Under the pieces are notes generated by a model. The model was not told where the DNA came from. It saw only the letters and a list, made by a program, of their open reading frames with translations, and did not search any database. A DNA stretch of 64,000 bases from an uncultured Faecalibacterium sp. (GTDB taxonomy: Bacteria; Bacillota; Clostridia; Oscillospirales; Acutalibacteraceae): positions 1,353 through 65,352 of the forward strand of contig CAYNIN010000001.1 in assembly GCA_964397395.1 (NCBI GenBank), read 5' to 3'. The position numbers and the translations under genes are program-made. Shown piece after piece: positions 58,376 through 63,058 of this stretch. Numbering within the stretch: position 1 is the stretch's first letter; every line of letters begins with the position of its first letter.

Positions 58376-58504
58376 TTATTCGCCTTCAGTTTCAGTTTCT
58401 TCTGTGTCGATTGTGGGCATCTTGCTTGTGTCAACACCGAAAAGTTCAAGAATGCTCTTGATGAATGCTAAAAACTGAGCAATAACTGATTCAAGCATTT
58501 TCAT
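58376..58504 (-). CDS. Small acidic amphipathic peptide P1 (42 aa)
   Basis: My translation: MKMLESVIAQFLAFIKSILELFGVDTSKMPTIDTEETETEGE*. GGAGG lies 8 nt before the ATG. It has its own promoter and terminator and is a paralog of P2-P11. Confidence 0.75.
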   Translation of the reverse strand: MKMLESVIAQFLAFIKSILELFGVDTSKMPTIDTEETETEGE

Positions 58505-58535
58505 ATTAAAATCCTCCGTTCATATTTGTATTTAT

Positions 58536-58564
58536 ATATTAACCGATAATATATAATTTGTCAA
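58536..58564 (-). promoter_or_regulatory. Sigma-A-type promoter of P1
   Basis: TTGACA, 17 nt, TAATAT. Confidence 0.6.
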
Positions 58565-58571
58565 TATATCA

Positions 58572-58612
58572 CCGTAATAAAAACTGTCCTGCCGACTTAC
58601 CGACAGGACAGT
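58572..58612 (-). terminator. Terminator after P2
   Basis: Stem actgtcctg..caggacagt (9 bp plus 2 inner bp), followed by ttttatt on the minus strand. Confidence 0.7.
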
Positions 58613-58623
58613 TTCGTTTTTAA

Positions 58624-58758
58624 TTATTCTTCTGTTGCTGTGTACTCGTCAAGTTTTCCCTGAAGAGTTGCTGCTGCATCGGTTAAGCCGAGTGCTTCAA
58701 GAATTGTTACGAATGCTGCAAGGAATGCGAAAATTACGTTTTTTACTTCTGCGGGCAT
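58624..58758 (-). CDS. Small acidic amphipathic peptide P2 (44 aa)
   Basis: MPAEVKNVIFAFLAAFVTILEALGLTDAAATLQGKLDEYTATEE*. GGAGG lies 8 nt before the ATG. Confidence 0.75.
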   Translation of the reverse strand: MPAEVKNVIFAFLAAFVTILEALGLTDAAATLQGKLDEYTATEE

Positions 58759-58793
58759 GGTATTAGCCTCCTTTATTTATTTTTTGCAATTTT

Positions 58794-58823
58794 ATTATAT
58801 AATATTTTTATGCTGTTTGTCAA
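58794..58823 (-). promoter_or_regulatory. Sigma-A-type promoter of P2
   Basis: TTGACA, 18 nt, TATAAT. Confidence 0.6.
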
Positions 58824-58854
58824 GAGTTTTTTAAACAAACTGTGAATTTTATTT

Positions 58855-58891
58855 TAAACAAAAAAGAAGAAGCCTACCGTAAAGGCAGGCT
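58855..58891 (-). terminator. Terminator after P3
   Basis: Minus strand: aagcctgcc-tttac-ggtaggctt (with one G-U pair), followed by cttctttttt. Confidence 0.7.
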
Positions 58892-58906
58892 TGTTGCTGA
58901 ATAAAA

Positions 58907-59056
58907 ATTATTCTTCTGCTGCGATTTCTTCTCTGATTTTATCTTTAGCATTTGATAACATTTCCTTAACAAAATCGGGAGTTGCAAGACCGAGAGCGTT
59001 TAAGAGAGCTTCGACTGCTGCTGCAATGCTTTCAATAACATTAATGATAGTTGCCA
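58907..59056 (-). CDS. Small acidic amphipathic peptide P3 (49 aa)
   Basis: MATIINVIESIAAAVEALLNALGLATPDFVKEMLSNAKDKIREEIAAEE*. GGAGG lies 9 nt before the ATG. Confidence 0.75.
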
Positions 59057-59114
59057 TAATGAGTAACCTCCAAAAAAATTTGATTTAATCTGTTTGTTTT
59101 TCAGATTACGGATA

Positions 59115-59143
59115 CATTCTACAACAAATAATTCGATTTGTCA
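59115..59143 (-). promoter_or_regulatory. Sigma-A-type promoter of P3
   Basis: TTGACA, 17 nt, TAGAAT. The leader is about 50 nt. Confidence 0.6.
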
Positions 59144-59210
59144 ATAATATGTTAACATTTTTATTGTTTTTAATAAAATTATCTCACACTTTTCTTTCGA
59201 GAACCTTGTA

Positions 59211-59249
59211 CAATAAAAATTCGGCACACCTCAAAAGAAGTGTGCCGAA
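59211..59249 (-). terminator. Terminator after P4
   Basis: Stem ttcggcacac / gtgtgccgaa with a 10-nt loop, followed by tttttatt on the minus strand. Confidence 0.7.
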
Positions 59250-59268
59250 AAGCATTTGTGTTTGGATT

Positions 59269-59424
59269 TTAGTTGTTTTTACCGTCGCTGAACTGATCAA
59301 GAAGTTCGTGAGCCTTTTCGGAAAGAGTTGTTGCGAAATCGGCAAGATTAAGTTTGTTAAGGATAACAACGAAAACTTCTATAAGAGCCAATGCGGTGTC
59401 TGCAAAATTTACGGGTAATTCCAT
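59269..59424 (-). CDS. Small acidic amphipathic peptide P4 (51 aa)
   Basis: MELPVNFADTALALIEVFVVILNKLNLADFATTLSEKAHELLDQFSDGKNN*. GGAGG lies 9 nt before the ATG. Confidence 0.7.
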   Translation of the reverse strand: MELPVNFADTALALIEVFVVILNKLNLADFATTLSEKAHELLDQFSDGKNN

Positions 59425-59455
59425 AGTTATATTCCTCCTCAAATTCTATGGTTTT

Positions 59456-59484
59456 AGTCTACATTATAAATGTTCATTTGTCAA
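59456..59484 (-). promoter_or_regulatory. Sigma-A-type promoter of P4
   Basis: TTGACA, 17 nt, TAGACT. Confidence 0.55.
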
Positions 59485-59538
59485 GAGAAAATTCACAATT
59501 TATTTAATTTTAACTATTTATTTATATTACTGCAAACT

Positions 59539-59571
59539 AAAAAAGAAAAAACCTGCCCCTAAGGACAGGTT
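59539..59571 (-). terminator. Terminator after P5 (end of the P6-P5 unit)
   Basis: Minus strand: aacctgtcc-ttag-gggcaggtt (one G-U pair), followed by ttttttcttttt. Confidence 0.7.
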
Positions 59572-59607
59572 TAATTTAAACTGTTAACAACTTAAATTAT
59601 ATGGGAA

Positions 59608-59754
59608 TTATTCACCAATAGCTTCTTTAACCCATTCGCCATTGAGTTTTTCTTCAAATCTTTCAAGAACACCGGCATCAACGCCAAGCTTTGCAAGAAT
59701 TGTTGTGAAAACAGCAACAAGAGTTTCAATTAACTTTGCAATATTTTCAGGCAT
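59608..59754 (-). CDS. Small acidic amphipathic peptide P5 (48 aa)
   Basis: MPENIAKLIETLVAVFTTILAKLGVDAGVLERFEEKLNGEWVKEAIGE*. GGAGG lies 8 nt before the ATG. It is 47 nt downstream of P6 with no intervening terminator. Confidence 0.75.
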   Translation of the reverse strand: MPENIAKLIETLVAVFTTILAKLGVDAGVLERFEEKLNGEWVKEAIGE

Positions 59755-59801
59755 GTTTATATCCTCCATATTAGATTTTGTTTTTTAGAAAAAATTCAGG
59801 A

Positions 59802-59960
59802 TTATTCACCTTTAATGATGTATTCCCAGTCGTTTGCGAAATCTTCAGCCTTTTTACCTGCTTCTTCAAGTTCAGCATCTGTTGTGAAACCGATAGCTAC
59901 GAGAACCTGACCAAAGAAAGCAGCAATTTTTGCTACGAGATCCTTAAGAAAATCAGCCAT
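59802..59960 (-). CDS. Small acidic amphipathic peptide P6 (52 aa)
   Basis: MADFLKDLVAKIAAFFGQVLVAIGFTTDAELEEAGKKAEDFANDWEYIIKGE*. GGAGG lies 9 nt before the ATG. Confidence 0.75.
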   Translation of the reverse strand: MADFLKDLVAKIAAFFGQVLVAIGFTTDAELEEAGKKAEDFANDWEYIIKGE

Positions 59961-60013
59961 TATACTTTTCCTCCTTTATATAGTTAATCTGAGTTTCCTC
60001 TGATTACTCTCTT

Positions 60014-60042
60014 ATTTTATACCCAAACTATAAACTTGTCAA
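60014..60042 (-). promoter_or_regulatory. Sigma-A-type promoter of the P6-P5 unit
   Basis: TTGACA, 17 nt, TAAAAT. The leader is about 46 nt. Confidence 0.6.
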
Positions 60043-60098
60043 TAGTTTTTTAACAATTGTTTATCATCTGTTTTTTTAATCTTTTTTCTTTTAAATTT

Positions 60099-60130
60099 TA
60101 AAAAGAAAAACCTGCCTGAAGGGCAGGTTT
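60099..60130 (-). terminator. Terminator after P7
   Basis: Stem aaacctgcc / ggcaggttt with a 5-nt loop, followed by a U-run on the minus strand. Confidence 0.7.
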
Positions 60131-60141
60131 AAACTTTGTGA

Positions 60142-60279
60142 TTATGCTACGGTTCCCTCGGTTGAATCTTCTTCCGTTTCTAAACTTGCCAACCAATCTG
60201 TGATAAATGAAGGAACATCTTCACCGATAAGTGACATAAGTTTTACGATAAATTCAGCAATAATTTTAATAAAAGCCAT
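60142..60279 (-). CDS. Small acidic amphipathic peptide P7 (45 aa)
   Basis: MAFIKIIAEFIVKLMSLIGEDVPSFITDWLASLETEEDSTEGTVA*. GGAGG lies 8 nt before the ATG. Confidence 0.75.
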   Translation of the reverse strand: MAFIKIIAEFIVKLMSLIGEDVPSFITDWLASLETEEDSTEGTVA

Positions 60280-60336
60280 TTCATTTTCCTCCTGAAAAAT
60301 TATTTATCTGATTTATAAATCAAATTTATTGTTTTT

Positions 60337-60365
60337 ATTTTACATCATAAATTTGTAAAAGTCAA
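60337..60365 (-). promoter_or_regulatory. Sigma-A-type promoter of P7
   Basis: TTGACT, 17 nt, TAAAAT. The end of the leader (aaataatttttcaggaggaaaa) is nearly identical to that of P8. Confidence 0.6.
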
Positions 60366-60401
60366 CAAAATATAATAAACCAATTGTTAACATTAAGAAG
60401 C

Positions 60402-60436
60402 AAAAAAAGAAAACCTACTCTTTCGGGTAGGGTTTC
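60402..60436 (-). terminator. Terminator after P8
   Basis: Stem aacctactc / gggtagggtt (bulged, with a G-U pair) and loop tttc, flanked by an A/T run. Confidence 0.6.
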
Positions 60437-60466
60437 GGATTATACTATAATTTTTTTGCACTGAAA

Positions 60467-60613
60467 TTATTCAGCGTTTTCTGAGTCTAAATCAAAAATA
60501 CTTCCAAAGATTCTCTTAAGGCTTGCCTCAAGTTCTTCCGTATCACCTTGAATACCGAAAACAGAAAGAATGACCTTAACAAGTTTCATTGCATATTCGA
60601 GAATGGCTTCCAT
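60467..60613 (-). CDS. Small acidic amphipathic peptide P8 (48 aa)
   Basis: MEAILEYAMKLVKVILSVFGIQGDTEELEASLKRIFGSIFDLDSENAE*. GGAGG lies 8 nt before the ATG. Confidence 0.75.
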   Translation of the reverse strand: MEAILEYAMKLVKVILSVFGIQGDTEELEASLKRIFGSIFDLDSENAE

Positions 60614-60669
60614 TATGTTTTCCTCCTGAAAAAATTATTTGTCTGACAAACAATCAAACCTACGTTCAT

Positions 60670-60698
60670 ATTTTACAGTATTTTGTCTTAAAAGTCAA
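60670..60698 (-). promoter_or_regulatory. Sigma-A-type promoter of P8
   Basis: TTGACT, 17 nt, TAAAAT. Confidence 0.6.
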
Positions 60699-60730
60699 TA
60701 ATATATAACAAATCATTTTTAAAATACAGC

Positions 60731-60762
60731 AAAAGAAAAAACCCACCCGAAAGGGCAGGTTT
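60731..60762 (-). terminator. Terminator after P9 (end of the P10-P9 unit)
   Basis: Minus-strand RNA: aaccugccc-uuuc-ggguggguu, followed by uuuuucuuuu. Two G-U pairs mean the stem forms only in the minus-strand transcript. Confidence 0.7.
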
Positions 60763-60767
60763 TTAAT

Positions 60768-60786
60768 TATACTATACTATACTATA
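60768..60786. repeat. Pentanucleotide microsatellite (tatac) x 3.8 in the P9 3' UTR
   Basis: tatactatactatactata. A single tatactata occupies the equivalent position after P8 (about 60441). Confidence 0.7.
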
Positions 60787-60803
60787 ATTATTTTGTAACG
60801 AAA

Positions 60804-60965
60804 TTATTCGCCTACAGTTTCGTCAGCAGCATCATCATTGCCCATGATAACGTTCATGATCTTTGTGATGAGACCAACGATTGCTTCTACGAGAGCGCTA
60901 AGTTCTGCGTTTTCGGGAGCAACAGCTTTGATTTCAGCAATTACTTTTGCGATAGCTTCTTTCAT
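60804..60965 (-). CDS. Small acidic amphipathic peptide P9 (53 aa)
   Basis: MKEAIAKVIAEIKAVAPENAELSALVEAIVGLITKIMNVIMGNDDAADETVGE*. GGAGG lies 8 nt before the ATG. It is 37 nt downstream of P10. Confidence 0.7.
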   Translation of the reverse strand: MKEAIAKVIAEIKAVAPENAELSALVEAIVGLITKIMNVIMGNDDAADETVGE

Positions 60966-61002
60966 TGTTAAATCCTCCTTGTAAAATTTTAAGTTAAGTC
61001 AA

Positions 61003-61146
61003 TTATGCGTTGAGATCTTCGAGACCAGCGAGTTCTTTTTCAATTGCTTCCCATTCGCCAAGGTCAACAAGAAGAGCCTTAACTGCGTTTACGATTGAAA
61101 CGATGAGAGCTTCGAACTTTGTGATAAAATCTGTAATAGCCTGCAT
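61003..61146 (-). CDS. Small acidic amphipathic peptide P10 (47 aa)
   Basis: MQAITDFITKFEALIVSIVNAVKALLVDLGEWEAIEKELAGLEDLNA*. GGAGG lies 9 nt before the ATG. Confidence 0.7.
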   Translation of the reverse strand: MQAITDFITKFEALIVSIVNAVKALLVDLGEWEAIEKELAGLEDLNA

Positions 61147-61200
61147 TATACGCTACCTCCTTATAAGATTAAGTTAGGGTTATCCCCTATCTTTAGTCTT

Positions 61201-61229
61201 ATAATACACCTTAATTCACAATTTGTCAA
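61201..61229 (-). promoter_or_regulatory. Sigma-A-type promoter of the P10-P9 unit
   Basis: TTGACA, 17 nt, TATTAT. The leader is about 48 nt. Confidence 0.6.
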
Positions 61230-61330
61230 TATATTACTCAAAATTTTAATAAAATTATTTTATTAAGATTTCTTAAGGTAAATTTGCACCTCCATTTGAA
61301 GAACCGTGGGCGGTATAACTCTTTATCGTA

Positions 61331-61365
61331 CCAATGAAAAGCACCCCGTTTTTTTCGGAGTGCTT
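61331..61365 (-). terminator. Putative terminator after P11
   Basis: Stem aagcactccg / cggggtgctt with loop a7. The U tract is weak (ttcatt). Confidence 0.5.
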
Positions 61366-61372
61366 CATAATT

Positions 61373-61477
61373 TTATTCTGTTTCTTCGGAACCCAAAACT
61401 TTGTCAAGACCAATCTTACTGAGAAGATTGATAAGAGCCACTATAATTTCGTCAATCCATGCTTTAAACTGTGCCAT
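61373..61477 (-). CDS. Small acidic amphipathic peptide P11 (34 aa)
   Basis: MAQFKAWIDEIIVALINLLSKIGLDKVLGSEETE*. GGAGG lies 7 nt before the ATG. It is 28 nt downstream of the Cys-rich protein gene and is probably co-transcribed with it. Confidence 0.7.
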   Translation of the reverse strand: MAQFKAWIDEIIVALINLLSKIGLDKVLGSEETE

Positions 61478-61505
61478 TTTCTTTCCTCCTTAAATTACCG
61501 TTAAC

Positions 61506-61988
61506 TTATGCGCCCATAATTTCGTCGAATCTGAGGAATTCGAAGATTGTGTTAAAGAAGTTATCAAACCATTCTCTTAAAGTTTTAAGAACACGCTGGA
61601 ATGTGGTGACAATCTGTTCCTGCTGATCCTCACTGAAAATGGGCTTGCTGTCGTTTTCTGAGCCGTCGGAATTTACGGGACAGCATGTGCAGTTACATGT
61701 GCAGGGATAAATACCGTTACATTCGACACAGCAAGTCTGAAGGTCATAATATGTTTTGCCGTCTTCACCTACAAAAACAGTCTTTTCAACGCAAGCTGTT
61801 CTGTATGAAAGATCAAGGTTATCGCACCAGATGCAACAATGGCATTTTTCACCTGATTCTGCAGGATAGTGGTCTTCTGTACATTCGCATTTATTTGCAG
61901 CAATGGCTTCGTCTGCAGCAAAAGTTGCAGGAACAAAGAGAGTTGCAAGCATTAAAACTGCAAGTAAAACTGATAAAAACTTTTTCAT
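61506..61988 (-). CDS. Secreted cysteine-rich protein with a C-terminal amphipathic helix
   Basis: 160 aa. Signal peptide (..PATFA/ADEA). 15 Cys fall within ~75 residues (CEC..CHCCIWC..C..CCVEC..CTCNCTCC). The C-terminus is IVTTFQRVLKTLREWFDNFFNTIFEFLRFDEIMGA. GGAGG RBS. Confidence 0.75.
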   Translation of the reverse strand: MKKFLSVLLAVLMLATLFVPATFAADEAIAANKCECTEDHYPAESGEKCHCCIWCDNLDLSYRTACVEKTVFVGEDGKTYYDLQTCCVECNGIYPCTCNCTCCPVNSDGSENDSKPIFSEDQQEQIVTTFQRVLKTLREWFDNFFNTIFEFLRFDEIMGA

Positions 61989-62041
61989 AATTGTCTCCTC
62001 CGGATTATTTTACGGCTACATTGTAAACCGTTCACAGATAT

Positions 62042-62070
62042 ATTATAATTCATAACCCTTTAAAAGTCAA
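62042..62070 (-). promoter_or_regulatory. Sigma-A-type promoter of the Cys-rich protein/P11 unit
   Basis: TTGACT, 17 nt, TATAAT. Confidence 0.6.
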
Positions 62071-62079
62071 CCGAATTCG

Positions 62080-62111
62080 CAAAAAAATAAATGCCCACCG
62101 AAGTGAGCATT
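62080..62111 (-). terminator. Terminator after the 131-aa secreted protein gene
   Basis: Minus strand: aatgctcac-ttcg-gtgggcatt (one G-U pair), followed by tattttttt. Confidence 0.7.
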
Positions 62112-62122
62112 CTTCTTTGCAA

Positions 62123-62518
62123 TTAAGCAGCAACGGGACTAACGTCTTCTTCTGCGGGAGCAGTTGTTGTAACTTCTTCCTCAGTTTCGGTGCTTCCCGA
62201 GTTCATGGCACCTGCGATAAGTTCTTCAATCTGACTGATGATATCATCTTTGTCAATTACACCGAAAATCATGGCAAGTTTCACATAAACTTTAACAAGT
62301 TTAAGAGCAATCTTTGCAAACTTGAGAGCAGGACCAACCGTCCAGAAAGGAAGGTCGAGAATCCACTGAAGCGTATCATCGGTTTCGGCTTCGGAAGCAT
62401 CACCTTCAACTTCTCCTGTTGTTGTTTCGGCGTCATCTGTTACATCTTCAGCAAAAGCAACGGTTGTAACTGAGAACATCATTAAAAGTGCAAGAAAAAG
62501 TGAAATAATTTTTTTCAT
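62123..62518 (-). CDS. Secreted acidic protein carrying an internal copy of the amphipathic helix-G-h-D module
   Basis: 131 aa. Signal peptide (..TVAFA/EDV), an acidic stretch, LKFAKIALKLVKVYVKLAMIFGVIDKDDIISQIEELIAG, and an acidic Thr/Glu tail. AAGGAGG RBS. Confidence 0.75.
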   Translation of the reverse strand: MKKIISLFLALLMMFSVTTVAFAEDVTDDAETTTGEVEGDASEAETDDTLQWILDLPFWTVGPALKFAKIALKLVKVYVKLAMIFGVIDKDDIISQIEELIAGAMNSGSTETEEEVTTTAPAEEDVSPVAA

Positions 62519-62550
62519 TGGAAATTCCTCCTTGAATTTTATTTGACTTT

Positions 62551-62579
62551 ATTATACCTTTTATTAACTGAATTGTCAA
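62551..62579 (-). promoter_or_regulatory. Consensus sigma-A promoter of the 131-aa protein gene
   Basis: TTGACA, 17 nt, TATAAT. The -35 box overlaps the stop codon of the XRE gene. Confidence 0.6.
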
Positions 62580-62950
62580 CAGTTTTCTTGTTTATTAAGA
62601 CTGTTAATAAACTCAAGGGCTTTCTCTTTATCTTCTTTGTTCAGGACTCTGAAATACATAAGAAGATACCTTTCTTCTTTCGGAAGATTTGCTATCGGGT
62701 CAATTTCCACAGAAGAAAGAGCGTCGACTTTTTCTCTTCTCAGTTCGGGATTGTTTTCTTCATAACCGCAAAGATAACCGAGAGATACGTTATATATATC
62801 GCACAGTTTTTTCATAGATTCAAGAGAAGGTCTTGTTTTACCGATTTCATAAAATGTGTAGGCACTTCTGTCGATACCGAGAACATCAGCGATGTTCTGC
62901 TGAGTAAAATGATGACTCTTTCTTAAATTTCTGAGGTTTTCATCAAGCAT
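62576..62950 (-). CDS. XRE-family HTH transcriptional regulator
   Basis: 124 aa. LRNLRKSHHFTQQNIADVLGIDRSAYTFYEIGKTRPSLESMKKL is a Cro/C1 HTH, followed by a ~55-aa C-terminal extension. It is the first gene of the peptide locus on the same strand. Confidence 0.8.
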   Translation of the reverse strand: MLDENLRNLRKSHHFTQQNIADVLGIDRSAYTFYEIGKTRPSLESMKKLCDIYNVSLGYLCGYEENNPELRREKVDALSSVEIDPIANLPKEERYLLMYFRVLNKEDKEKALEFINSLNKQENC

Positions 62951-63058
62951 AGTTTCACTCCTTTTGTGTTTCTTACTTTATCTGAATGTATAATAACACA
63001 AAATGTGACATTTTTCAACATTATTTAAAAAGTTTTATTTAATTTTTTTCATCTTCCG

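Noticed and set aside
58891-59987. Plus-strand ORFs of 61-89 aa from the ORF track inside the peptide array (58891..59088, 59149..59418, 59354..59587, 59778..59987).
   Set aside because: They run antisense to or across the promoter/terminator units and have no Shine-Dalgarno sequence. They encode low-complexity Leu/Ser/Phe-rich sequence typical of AT-rich noise. The minus-strand small ORFs explain all the signals.
61263-61295. A 10-codon mini-ORF (MEVQIYLKKS) containing GGAGGTG, between the P11 terminator and the P10 promoter.
   Set aside because: It is too short, has no separate RBS and no family resemblance. It may be a decayed remnant of another unit, but that is not supportable.
58376-61477. 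Reading the small ORFs as type I toxin-antitoxin modules, or as classical leaderless (class IId) bacteriocins.
   Set aside because: Type I toxins have an uncharged TM helix and an antisense RNA gene. Here the helices are amphipathic with internal Lys/Glu, and I found no convincing convergent promoters. Leaderless bacteriocins are strongly cationic and Trp/Lys-rich, whereas these peptides are net -3 to -7. Neither idea is fully excluded without experiments.
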